A stretch of DNA of 44,212 nt from Escherichia phage Henu5_1, in sequence record PQ133007; one strand, 5' to 3'. Position 1 is the first letter of the stretch; each line of letters opens with the position of its first letter. Shown here piece after piece: positions 35,607-44,181 of the stretch. The notes below the pieces were generated by a model. The model ran no database searches and was not told where the DNA came from. It worked only from the letters and a program-made list of their open reading frames with translations. The translations under genes were made by a program, and so were the position numbers.

Positions 35607-37027
35607 TTGCGCGCCTTTTTAGCTTTCATGTATTCCATTAAATCGTCCTGAATATCTCGCTTACTGTCGCGGCGCTCTGCGACCAGTTCATCAAGTGTGC
35701 CGCGCGCCTGGATAATGTAGACGAATACCGGGCGAGGGTGTCCGGCTTGCATCTGGCGAACTGGCCCGATACGCTCCACGATCTGCGCAAAGTGCTCATA
35801 GTTCCAGGTGTCTGAGAAGATGGCAAGGTGGTGTCCCCCATCCTGCAAGTTAAGGCCGTGACCCGCCGATGCCGGGTGCGCAAACATGATGGGGATCTCG
35901 CCCCTGTTCCACGCTTCCATATCCTTATTGCCTTGCTTACCCTTACCCATCGCTACGCCGTGAGGGAATTTCTTCTTAAGACGTGCCAGATCATGCTTGT
36001 ACTGGTACGCGACGAGCAACGGTGCGCCGTTCAACTCCTCCACGATACTTTCTAGCGCGTCCAGTTTAGCGTCGTGAATTTTCACCCATTCGTCGGTGCG
36101 CTCGCCGTCTTCGTCGACTTTATACACGGCCCCGGAAGCAAGCTGAAGGCACTTAATAGTCTTCGACGCAGCGTTCGCCGCCTCCACAGTTCCGCTTTCC
36201 AGTTCGGCAAATAGCTCCGCTTCGAACTGGTCATAAATCTTGCGGGCTTTCTTCGGCAGGTCCACAACAACCGGCGTATAGATTGGCTTGTCACATCCGA
36301 AGTATTCAGCCGCATCAACTGTGAGCGACACGTCGGACAGGCGTTGTTGTATTTCTTTCTCGGAGTTCTTAAGCGGGGCGTGCTGCATAGTGAAGCTGCC
36401 AGGCTTAACGGGCTTGCTAATAAACCAGCGATCCGTGAATGCCTTATAGCTGCTGCCGAGGCGTTCGCCACCATCGACAAACCACGTCTGACCCCACAGG
36501 TCTTTCAGTCCGTTTGGTGCGGGTGTGCCGGTCAGGTTAATCCAGCGCTTGACGTGCTTATGGGCGATCGCCGCCAGTGCGCGGGCGCGCTTACTCCCCT
36601 GCTTGCTTCTATAACCTTTCAGCTTAGTGGATTCATCGGCAACCACGACCGTAAAGGGCCACTCGTCGCCGCAATACTCGACGAGCCACTCAACCACATC
36701 ATAGTTAACACAAACCACGTTGGCGTCGCTCTCAATCGCCGCAATACGGGCCTTCTCGGATCCGGTGCCGTCTACTACCAGCAAGGCGGGGAAGCGCCAT
36801 TTTTCTTGCTCCGGGGGCCATGTACCAGATGCAACGCGCAGCGGGGCCAGCACCAGTACGCGGTCCTCCTGGTTGGACAGGATGCCGGTCTGGAACATTT
36901 TATTCAGCGCCCACATGGTCGCGCCAGTTTTACCCGACCCCATTGTCGCCCAAATATTGCAGCGCTTATGCTTGAGGATGAACGCGGTTATCAACTTCTG
37001 ATATTCGCGACGTCGGAATCTTGCCAT
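35603..37027 (-). CDS. SNF2-family helicase/ATPase
   Basis: Walker A GSGKTG, DEST (DExx) box, C-terminal helicase motif; ATG 37027 inside track ORF 35603-37117. Confidence 0.7.
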   Translation of the reverse strand: MARFRRREYQKLITAFILKHKRCNIWATMGSGKTGATMWALNKMFQTGILSNQEDRVLVLAPLRVASGTWPPEQEKWRFPALLVVDGTGSEKARIAAIESDANVVCVNYDVVEWLVEYCGDEWPFTVVVADESTKLKGYRSKQGSKRARALAAIAHKHVKRWINLTGTPAPNGLKDLWGQTWFVDGGERLGSSYKAFTDRWFISKPVKPGSFTMQHAPLKNSEKEIQQRLSDVSLTVDAAEYFGCDKPIYTPVVVDLPKKARKIYDQFEAELFAELESGTVEAANAASKTIKCLQLASGAVYKVDEDGERTDEWVKIHDAKLDALESIVEELNGAPLLVAYQYKHDLARLKKKFPHGVAMGKGKQGNKDMEAWNRGEIPIMFAHPASAGHGLNLQDGGHHLAIFSDTWNYEHFAQIVERIGPVRQMQAGHPRPVFVYIIQARGTLDELVAERRDSKRDIQDDLMEYMKAKKARK

Positions 37028-37031
37028 ATCT

Positions 37032-37250
37032 TTATTCCGCCTTTTTCCAGACTTCTGTCTCACTGTTCCAGTTCCTTTTTGTAGCGTCGTAGTTGGTGGC
37101 GTGTCCGATGTGCACACCAGTCGCCCGGAAGCTCTTAAATTTTTGCCAGCACACCGTCAACGGCATCGGGTCATTCATGCCTGCAATAAACCATACGCGA
37201 TCGCCTGGTTTGCATTCGCCCAGCTTGGTGAGTCGGTAATGTTCTTTCAT
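37032..37250 (-). CDS. Small hypothetical protein
   Basis: ATG 37250 with GGGAGA RBS inside track ORF 37032-37265. Confidence 0.45.
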   Translation of the reverse strand: MKEHYRLTKLGECKPGDRVWFIAGMNDPMPLTVCWQKFKSFRATGVHIGHATNYDATKRNWNSETEVWKKAE

Positions 37251-37293
37251 CGTCATGTCTCCCAAAAATGGCGGGACAAGCCCGCCGTCTTAA

Positions 37294-37467
37294 TTATTTT
37301 TGCTCGGCGCGGTAGCGGCGCTGCCGTTCACGCTCTTTTTTATTTCGGCACGATTTGCACTCGGCCCGATACCCGTCGGGGCTGCGCGCGGTTTTGCCGG
37401 TGTATTTGTGGAACTGGGATAGCGGTTTAACACAACCGCAATTACTACAGCGTTTTTCTTCAACCAT
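37294..37467 (-). CDS. Small zinc-ribbon-like protein
   Basis: 57 aa from ATG 37467 (GAGGA RBS); CxxC...CxxC cysteine pairs. Confidence 0.45.
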   Translation of the reverse strand: MVEEKRCSNCGCVKPLSQFHKYTGKTARSPDGYRAECKSCRNKKERERQRRYRAEQK

Positions 37468-37507
37468 TTCTAAAATCCTCGATAGGGCTAACCTGCTAAC
37501 TATACTG

Positions 37508-37786
37508 TTAAGCGACCAATTCAGCAACCAATAAATCACAGTCGGCTATGCTGTCGATAACGCGAACGTCCGCACCGCGGCGGGCCATTCGCTCATGTTC
37601 TCGTACCTGGTGCGGCTTAGGTTTACCGCCTGGGCGCTTCACTTCGACGAAAACTATCTTGCCGTTGATGATGATTATAAGGTCGGGCGCTCCCGCGCGC
37701 CCCTCCCATGCCACTTTACGGCAGAATCCGCCGACGGCTTTAACCAACTTCATAAGGTGACTTTGGATCTTGCCTTCTGGTGTCAT
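37508..37786 (-). CDS. VRR-NUC domain nuclease
   Basis: GAPDLIIIINGKIVFVEVKRPGGKPKPHQ matches the PD-(D/E)xK VRR-NUC signature; start overlaps DNA polymerase stop. Confidence 0.6.
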   Translation of the reverse strand: MTPEGKIQSHLMKLVKAVGGFCRKVAWEGRAGAPDLIIIINGKIVFVEVKRPGGKPKPHQVREHERMARRGADVRVIDSIADCDLLVAELVA

Positions 37787-40077
37787 TATTTTCTGTACCT
37801 GTACATAATGTCGCCTTCCGCGGCAAGCGGGAAGCCTTTCGCCCAAACCGGCAGGTCGCACATCAGCGCGCACAACTCCTCGGTTGTGTAGTCGTCAGTA
37901 TCCGGCACTTCGGTTATCAGTTCATCGTGCACTGACAGGACGATCTCATATCCCGCGGCTTCAACGCCCGGCATGGACCATGCGAGAATATCGCGGCACA
38001 GCGCCTGCACGATGTTCTCCGTAAGTTTGCCACCGTAGGTGTACTGGAAGCCCCACTGGCGGGTCGTCTGATTCTCGCCCTGATATTTAATGCGGGTGCT
38101 GGTGCGCTTCTTGCCGGTATCTTCGTCGATCTCGGTCGTGACAGACAGCGCGATGCCGGGGTAGCTCATGATGCGCCCCGACGGTAACTCAATTTTCAAC
38201 CACCACCCCGCGGCGTTAGGGTCGTCGCGCTCCTCGTCGAAGGTTGGGTCATGCTTCGCCTTCGTGCGGACTATCTTGAGCGCTTTCTTACCATCCGGGC
38301 GAACGTTCGCGCCGGCCCAGTACGCTTTGCCCGGATTGCGGATTGCACACAACACCGCGTCTTCCAGTTCAGCCCAAAATGCTACCGTCTTCGGGTGGGC
38401 CTCGCGCCACATACGTTTAATCGCATCACATGTAAGCCATACGTTTTTCGGCAGTATGTAAGTTGGGCGCTCGTCCTTCTTGCCAGGCTTCGGCGGGCGC
38501 TTCGCCTCGTTAATGCGGGCGTACTCATAACCCCGTTTCGCCGCGGCCCAAATGTGATCGGGAAATGTGCCCTTCATGACGTCCGCCATCGCGTAAAGGT
38601 CGAGGCCCAGGTTTTTAGCGAACTGCAAGAACGCCGCCACGCCACCACCATAGCCCAGGCCCAATTCGCACGCCTTACCGATCTGGCGTAAGTCTTTGCG
38701 GTTGGCTTTAATGTATTCTGGGTCAAGGCCGAACATCTTACCGGCAGTTTCACAATAGATATCGCGACCGGCCCTAAACACCATGAGCGCTGTTTTCTCG
38801 CCAGCGATCCAGGCAAGTCCACGCCCTTCCACGTTGGAGTAGTCCGCTACGACAAACTTCTTACCCTTCGCCGGAATAATGCACCCGCGGACAGTCGAGG
38901 CCGTTAGCTTCGATATGTCATACGCCCAGTGCGCTGTCCCACGTAACAGGGAGTTGATGCCGTTGGTGAGCATGTGCGACCGCACCCAAAAAGCGACGTC
39001 GCTCTCGCCTTCACGGCGTTTAATCTTCCCTTCGTGGTCGTCGCTATATTCGCCGCGTGCCAGGTTTTGCGGCTGGAAGCCTTTACCGGCCCAGCGTAGC
39101 GTGCGCTTTGCGCCGCCATACTGAAGACACCCACGGCGGCGACCATCGGCGGATAGGCCATTAACGAGCGGATTGTACTTAGTCGACGCCGTGGATGACG
39201 CACCGAGGCGCATCTCGATAAGCACTTTGCCTTCGTCCGGGAAGTCTGGATCTTCCAGCAGGTCGTTAAGCGTGGATTTCTGCGCGTTGTGGATTGTGAA
39301 CGCAGGCGCGAGGTCGCGCAGCGCGGGCAGGAAGTCATTGCCGGTTAGCTTACCGCCGAAGCGCTCCCAGGCTTCTTCCTTTAATTCTTCCTTATGCGCC
39401 TGTACCGCTTTGATCGCAGCGCGTGCCAGGTCAACGTCCACATAGAAGCCGCGGTCGTTAATCAACTGGTCAATAAGCAGGATTTCGTCTTCCTTCGGCG
39501 TATTACCCCAGTCCGGTATGCGCCAATAGACTTCCCTCATCGCGATGATATCCAGCGCGGCATAGCGCAGGAATTTAGCCCATTCTTCAGGGTGAGTCTC
39601 GCGGGTGTAGCGGCGGATTTTGTAGGTCTTAGGGGTTGGCTTACAGAAGCGTTTGATCAGCGCCTTGCCAGCCTTATCCTTCGCGTGTTCTGCGTCAACG
39701 CCCAGCACCTGGCATTGCATATCGAGGCTACCTGGCAGCGCGTGTCGGAAGGCCATAATCATGGTGTCTTCGATCTGGCCTACCGGCAGGTCAATGCCCC
39801 ACTTCTCGCGAATAACCAGGCGGTCAAACAGGAGGCCGTTAGCCATCACGATTTTTGCTTTCTTGCGAGATACCCGGCGGAGCGCCTTGCGCAGTTCACG
39901 CGGCATTGTGGGGGACTCGGTGCAATCCCATGTCTGCACGCGGCCCTCGTCGATGGCGTAGGTGCAAATCATAATCTCGGTGGTTGGGTGCTCTGCGTAG
40001 GCGTATGCGCCCACTTTCTTCAGGTCTACCCCGCTAAATGTTTCGGTGTCGAGAAACAGGCGTTCAAAGTCTTTCAT
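37786..40077 (-). CDS. DNA polymerase, family A, with 3'-5' exonuclease domain
   Basis: 763 aa; exo motif LFLDTETF, motif A DYSNVEGR, motif C VHDE. Confidence 0.9.
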   Translation of the reverse strand: MKDFERLFLDTETFSGVDLKKVGAYAYAEHPTTEIMICTYAIDEGRVQTWDCTESPTMPRELRKALRRVSRKKAKIVMANGLLFDRLVIREKWGIDLPVGQIEDTMIMAFRHALPGSLDMQCQVLGVDAEHAKDKAGKALIKRFCKPTPKTYKIRRYTRETHPEEWAKFLRYAALDIIAMREVYWRIPDWGNTPKEDEILLIDQLINDRGFYVDVDLARAAIKAVQAHKEELKEEAWERFGGKLTGNDFLPALRDLAPAFTIHNAQKSTLNDLLEDPDFPDEGKVLIEMRLGASSTASTKYNPLVNGLSADGRRRGCLQYGGAKRTLRWAGKGFQPQNLARGEYSDDHEGKIKRREGESDVAFWVRSHMLTNGINSLLRGTAHWAYDISKLTASTVRGCIIPAKGKKFVVADYSNVEGRGLAWIAGEKTALMVFRAGRDIYCETAGKMFGLDPEYIKANRKDLRQIGKACELGLGYGGGVAAFLQFAKNLGLDLYAMADVMKGTFPDHIWAAAKRGYEYARINEAKRPPKPGKKDERPTYILPKNVWLTCDAIKRMWREAHPKTVAFWAELEDAVLCAIRNPGKAYWAGANVRPDGKKALKIVRTKAKHDPTFDEERDDPNAAGWWLKIELPSGRIMSYPGIALSVTTEIDEDTGKKRTSTRIKYQGENQTTRQWGFQYTYGGKLTENIVQALCRDILAWSMPGVEAAGYEIVLSVHDELITEVPDTDDYTTEELCALMCDLPVWAKGFPLAAEGDIMYRYRK

Positions 40078-40244
40078 TGCTTAATCCTCACCACGGCGTC
40101 AGCACTGCCGATCATGGAGAAGATACCGTCGGAAAGGGTAATCTCCTCACCGTTGTTGCGAATCTCGGCAACTGTGAAATATTCGCCCAGCATTTTGGAC
40201 CATACTTGCATTCCGACTTTTACTTCGCTGGCTTTAATACGCAT
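40074..40244 (-). CDS. Small hypothetical protein (56 aa, below threshold), translationally coupled to DNA polymerase
   Basis: Hand-translated MRIKASEVKVGMQVWSKMLGEYFTVAEIRNNGEEITLSDGIFSMIGSADAVVRIKQ; stop overlaps polymerase ATG (ATGA); AGGA RBS. Confidence 0.4.
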   Translation of the reverse strand: MRIKASEVKVGMQVWSKMLGEYFTVAEIRNNGEEITLSDGIFSMIGSADAVVRIKQ

Positions 40245-40261
40245 TTTTCATTGTCCTATTA

Positions 40262-40284
40262 AAAAGCCCGCATTAAGCGGGCTT
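40262..40284 (-). terminator. Rho-independent terminator on minus strand
   Basis: Minus RNA AAGCCCGC-UUAA-UGCGGGCUU followed by UUUUU, downstream of gene 40303-41034. Confidence 0.5.
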
Positions 40285-40302
40285 GAATAGTGGGCTTTGC
40301 CC

Positions 40303-41034
40303 TTAACGGCGGCGACGTTTACGTGGTGCTTCGTCTTCGTCGTCTTCGTCCTCATCTTCGTCATCGCGTGGCTTTCGACGTTTACGAGGTTTCTCGTCTT
40401 CGTCATCATCGTCGTCATCGCGGCGCTTGGACTTTTTGGACTTGCGCGGGCTTTCATCTTCGTCATCGTTATCCAGGTCTTCGTCTGAGCACGAAGACCC
40501 GCCACCGCCGAAGGCTTCGCCGTCATCACGGAAGCGCAGACCCAAAAGACCAGCACCGAGTCCCTTGCCGTTGGTATTGTTCCACGCCCAGATATCGAGT
40601 GACACGTTGCAATAACAACCGGAGTAGATCTCCTGGCCTTCGATCTCGTCGCCTTCTACGGTCAGACCTTGTTCCGTCTGCTTCTCGCCGAGTGACGTTT
40701 GAATGATCGGCTGTTTGAACGATTTGGCGTTGATGTACAACATGCCTTCGAATTCTTCGGTTACTTCGTCGCGCTCGTCACCATCGCGAACTGCGCATTC
40801 CTTAGAATCCTGGGCGTAGTGGCGGTCCATCCACTTATCAGCATTCTTCTCGGATTTCAGCTTGTCGGTGAGCACTGCGCGCGCTGCCGCTTCCACTTTG
40901 TCCACCTGCGGATCTTCTTTATCCAGAAGAATCACTGCACGGTATGCCGGTTTTTGACCATCCTGTTTAGGGGTATCGCGTTCCCAAATTTTAAGGAAAC
41001 ATACGCGCACATTTTTCAGGTTGACTTTAGCCAT
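40303..41034 (-). CDS. Putative ssDNA-binding protein (DUF2815-like) with extreme acidic/basic C-terminal tail
   Basis: ATG 41034 with GAGGA RBS; N-terminus MAKVNLKNVRV; C-terminal 60 aa alternate D/E runs with KR clusters; family assignment from memory. Confidence 0.45.
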   Translation of the reverse strand: MAKVNLKNVRVCFLKIWERDTPKQDGQKPAYRAVILLDKEDPQVDKVEAAARAVLTDKLKSEKNADKWMDRHYAQDSKECAVRDGDERDEVTEEFEGMLYINAKSFKQPIIQTSLGEKQTEQGLTVEGDEIEGQEIYSGCYCNVSLDIWAWNNTNGKGLGAGLLGLRFRDDGEAFGGGGSSCSDEDLDNDDEDESPRKSKKSKRRDDDDDDEDEKPRKRRKPRDDEDEDEDDEDEAPRKRRRR

Positions 41035-41099
41035 TTTCCAATTCCTCATTTTCACATGTATCGGGGTTATTATGAGCCGCCCCGTTCGGCTTGGTTGCC

Positions 41100-41128
41100 A
41101 ATTTACTTGGTTGCGCCTAAGCGGTCAA
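41100..41128 (-). promoter_or_regulatory. Putative promoter (TTGACC-17-TAAATT) with CAACCAAG motifs
   Basis: Motif copies 41091-41100 and 41107-41115 in spacer and just downstream of -10. Confidence 0.4.
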
Positions 41129-41367
41129 GCACTTTCATTAAAAAGATTTCTGGTCACGTAGTTGATGGCGTTCTCGATCCAGCTTAACGGCGGTCGGTCG
41201 ATGTTCTTCTCCACCCAGTCGACGGCAGCGTCACTATAACCGTCATCCAGCCAGCGGGTCGGATGACGAATCATCCACGCCACCATTAACACGCCTTGCA
41301 CGCAATGCAGGATAAAGCCCAGCGCGCCGAGCAAAAACATCAATAAGATCGCAAATACTTTATTCAT
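41125..41367 (-). CDS. Small membrane protein
   Basis: 80 aa, hydrophobic N-terminal half; GAGGA RBS. Confidence 0.5.
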   Translation of the reverse strand: MNKVFAILLMFLLGALGFILHCVQGVLMVAWMIRHPTRWLDDGYSDAAVDWVEKNIDRPPLSWIENAINYVTRNLFNESA

Positions 41368-42790
41368 TGCTTAAGTCCTCGTCAGTGGCCTCCGACCACG
41401 CGGGGCGCGGGTCGTCGATAGGTGCTAACACCGGTTTAGCGGGTGCGCGTGTGATTTTAGCACACAGCTTCGCCCACACTTTCGGTTTTTCGTCCTTCAG
41501 TACCTTCTCGGCATCTGTCGGGCTGAGCAATGTTTCTTTGTACATCACATCGCGCTTGACCCGTGCCTTAGTGAAGATTTCAATCACTTCGCTCTCGTCC
41601 GCCCACTTACGGATCCCTTCCTTACCGGCAACCATCTTGAGGCCCAGCGATTCGCCATCGCCCGCCATGACCGCCTTGAATACCGCGGACTCGATAGCCT
41701 TGATGTGCTGGCGCATTGCGTCCAGACCTTCATAAGCCTTGCGCAGTTCCGCCGCGCTCATAGCGCCTGGTGTGGATTCCTTCTTGCCTCGTTTAGCACG
41801 TCGGGCAGCCTTCCTGGCTTCGCGGGCCATATTGCGATCGTGGTTGGCGCATTCTTCCTCGGTCGCCACGCTCACGTCGTCGCCCAGGTCTTCGTCGGTT
41901 GCCGTTGGTTGGGCCATCGTATCGATTGCAGCCTTAGCGCGGGCGCTACACTGATCCGCAAATCGGCACCACTGACACGCATCAACGCCCGGTCGGAAGT
42001 CGGCACGGGTGAGTCCTTTCTTACCGCGGGCGTACGCTTCCAGGGCGGCGATAGCACGCTTGGACGCAAACTTCGCGAATATCTCCAGGGCTTCTACCGA
42101 AATATCCCACTCTGACGCCCCGCCGCAATACGGCTGGAAGATAACCAGGCGCACCGTCGTAATGTCGTACATGGTTTTCAGCTTGCGCAGTAAGCCCAGC
42201 GCGTACAACATAAGCTGTTTGTTTTCTTTTGCCTCGACCTTATGCCGCCCGGTCTTCAGGTCGCCAACGATCAGCATGTACGTTCCGTCGGTCTTTTTCA
42301 TGACCATGACCATATCGGCAGTACCGAACGTTTTAATCCTGTTGCCGTCGACCTCGAAGCCAGAGTGTAGGACGCGGGTAAGATCGGCGCGCATCTCAAG
42401 CTGAACAAACTCCGCCACTTCGAGGAGCGGTCGCCAGTGGTCGATGTACGCATCGCACTGCTTCACCATATCGTCGTTGACCAGTACGCCGCCTTTCGGT
42501 GCTTTTGGGTGGGCCTTTACCGGCCCCCTGCCTTCGTTCTCGACGTAACATCCTTTATACGTCTTCGCGGTTATTTTCTTCTCACCGGCGATAATGCGGT
42601 TTAGCACCACTTCAGATACGGTGTGCATACTCGTACCGTTAATCGCGGCTTGCCCGGATTCGTTCGGGATATCTTTTTCTACCACCAGGGCGGCGGGACA
42701 CCCCATCCATTTTTTAGCACCGGATGGGCCAAGTAATGAGTGTTCCGTATTACTACCGGATTGCGTTTTACGTTTTGGTTTAATCGCCAT
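41360..42790 (-). CDS. PD-(D/E)xK exonuclease, Cas4-like with 4-Cys cluster (DUF2800-like)
   Basis: 476 aa; N-terminal Cys (MGCPA) and C-terminal C-x2-C-x5-C (DACQWCRFADQC) typical of Cas4/RecB-family Fe-S nucleases. Confidence 0.6.
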   Translation of the reverse strand: MAIKPKRKTQSGSNTEHSLLGPSGAKKWMGCPAALVVEKDIPNESGQAAINGTSMHTVSEVVLNRIIAGEKKITAKTYKGCYVENEGRGPVKAHPKAPKGGVLVNDDMVKQCDAYIDHWRPLLEVAEFVQLEMRADLTRVLHSGFEVDGNRIKTFGTADMVMVMKKTDGTYMLIVGDLKTGRHKVEAKENKQLMLYALGLLRKLKTMYDITTVRLVIFQPYCGGASEWDISVEALEIFAKFASKRAIAALEAYARGKKGLTRADFRPGVDACQWCRFADQCSARAKAAIDTMAQPTATDEDLGDDVSVATEEECANHDRNMAREARKAARRAKRGKKESTPGAMSAAELRKAYEGLDAMRQHIKAIESAVFKAVMAGDGESLGLKMVAGKEGIRKWADESEVIEIFTKARVKRDVMYKETLLSPTDAEKVLKDEKPKVWAKLCAKITRAPAKPVLAPIDDPRPAWSEATDEDLSNE

Positions 42791-42969
42791 TATTCCACCC
42801 GTGTAAACTGGACAATTACATATTTCACATTTGCCAGGCCAGCTTTTTCGACTCGGCGCTTAACTTCATTTTGCGCGTCCACAAAGCAATTGCTTGCGTT
42901 GGTGTTTTCAACAATAAAAGAAGTGTGATCGTTTAATTCGTGGCATGTTGCCAGGACGAAGAATTTCAT
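42790..42969 (-). CDS. Small hypothetical protein (59 aa)
   Basis: ATG 42969 overlaps upstream stop (TAATG); within track ORF 42790-42984. Confidence 0.4.
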   Translation of the reverse strand: MKFFVLATCHELNDHTSFIVENTNASNCFVDAQNEVKRRVEKAGLANVKYVIVQFTRVE

Positions 42970-43220
42970 TATTTCGTCTCCCATCGGTCAATTGTTTTTG
43001 CTTCGGATGCAACTGCGAAGCGAACATATTCCAGGTTGGAATCGGCCCAAATATAAAAGTCTGGATTGGTAAAGGTGGTGCGCTTAATTTGCGCGGGTGT
43101 AGTGCGGCGTTTATCAATTACGGCAACGCGTGACTGAAAGCTGCCGATGCGTTCGAATAGCCAATAGTACGGGCGCTGGTCGCGGGAATCCACCGCCTCG
43201 ATTAGCGTGAAGCGTGCCAT
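42969..43220 (-). CDS. Hypothetical protein
   Basis: 83 aa, ATG 43220 with GAGGA RBS. Confidence 0.55.
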   Translation of the reverse strand: MARFTLIEAVDSRDQRPYYWLFERIGSFQSRVAVIDKRRTTPAQIKRTTFTNPDFYIWADSNLEYVRFAVASEAKTIDRWETK

Positions 43221-43231
43221 TGTCTCGTCCT

Positions 43232-43260
43232 CTAAAAATAGGCCCGCTAATCTGCGGGCC
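43232..43260 (-). terminator. Terminator-like hairpin on minus strand
   Basis: GGCCCGC-AGAUUA-GCGGGCC followed by U-rich tract, after stop of gene 43269-43811. Confidence 0.45.
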
Positions 43261-43268
43261 GGATAATA

Positions 43269-43811
43269 TTAATCTTCCAGTTCGAAATACGTTTCTACGA
43301 TTTCTTTCAATTCGGTGTGGAAGTCCGCCACGTCGTCGTCTTCCAGTTTAGCGATTGATTTGATCTCGAACGATTCCAGCAGGTCGTCGAATTCGTCGTT
43401 CGCATCATCATCATCGCCGCCTGCGATAATAGCGGCATACTGTTTGATTTCGTCGCGCATCTCTGCCAGCGGGTCGGCATCTTTCTTACCTTTGCCTTTC
43501 GCTGGTGCTTTTTTACCCTTCGCCGGTTTTTCGTCTTCGGCTTCATCATCCTCGTCGTCATCCTCTACGACTTCTTTTTTGGCCTTTCCTTTAGACTTGG
43601 TTTCTTTTGCCGCGCCTTTTTTCGCCTTTGGCGTATCTTCGACTTCGTCCTGATCGTCGTCTTCGACTTCGGTCTCCGGCTTGGCCTTGCCTTTCTTAGC
43701 GGTGCCGTTTGCTTTTTGGTCTACGGCAGCGCCCACAGTTTCATAATGTTTAGCGATGGTTTCCAGTGCTACTACGCCGCGAGTGATCAGGTTTACGATT
43801 TGCTCAAACAT
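43269..43811 (-). CDS. Lys/Asp/Glu-rich low-complexity protein, first gene of minus arm
   Basis: ATG 43811 with GGAGA RBS inside track ORF 43269-44039; alternating K-rich and D/E-rich blocks, strongly acidic C-terminus. Confidence 0.55.
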   Translation of the reverse strand: MFEQIVNLITRGVVALETIAKHYETVGAAVDQKANGTAKKGKAKPETEVEDDDQDEVEDTPKAKKGAAKETKSKGKAKKEVVEDDDEDDEAEDEKPAKGKKAPAKGKGKKDADPLAEMRDEIKQYAAIIAGGDDDDANDEFDDLLESFEIKSIAKLEDDDVADFHTELKEIVETYFELED

Positions 43812-44007
43812 GGTATATCTCCGATTGGTTAAGTTTAGGTGTCGACCATTAACTTCGTCGGTGGCCTTAACATAGAGCCAGGTTACGCGTTCTCCCTTTC
43901 GGGTAGTGGACCTGGTTATATAATCACGGTTGGGAATCCTGACACTTCGATCCGGCCCCTGCGTTGCCCCTCTCCAGTTTGCGTACTGCATCCTGTCGAC
44001 GAGGTGA

Positions 44008-44036
44008 ATATTAGATTGGTTGCAGAAGGGAGTCAA
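44008..44036 (-). promoter_or_regulatory. Strong sigma70-like promoter (TTGACT-17-TAATAT) for the minus arm
   Basis: Near-consensus hexamers with 17-bp spacer containing TGCAACCAAT; about 200 nt upstream of ATG 43811. Confidence 0.5.
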
Positions 44037-44046
44037 CAACTAATTT

Positions 44047-44081
44047 AAAAAAAAAAGCGCCGAAGCAAAATGCGACGGCGC
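44047..44081 (-). terminator. Rho-independent terminator on minus strand
   Basis: A10 run on plus strand (U10 on minus) adjacent to imperfect 10-bp GC stem. Confidence 0.5.
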
Positions 44082-44152
44082 TAACCAATAAGAGACAATG
44101 AGACGGGAGTTATTATTACACGCGTGCGCGCCCGTTTCAATATCCAAAGGAT

Positions 44153-44181
44153 TTGACACCGTGCAGTTTTGGGTGTAGTTT
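44153..44181 (+). promoter_or_regulatory. Putative promoter (TTGACA-17-TAGTTT) reading toward the window end
   Basis: Consensus -35 TTGACA; followed by palindrome GTTGGT-N5-ACCAAC and GAGGG RBS at the last bases of the window. Confidence 0.3.

Noticed and set aside
39394-40290. 298-aa plus-strand ORF antisense to the DNA polymerase gene
   Set aside because: Embedded in the polymerase coding region on the opposite strand; no start context; shadow ORF.
43839-44048. 69-aa plus-strand ORF in the leader of the minus arm
   Set aside because: GTG start without RBS, lies in the promoter/5' leader region of the minus-strand operon and overlaps its -35/-10; likely spurious.
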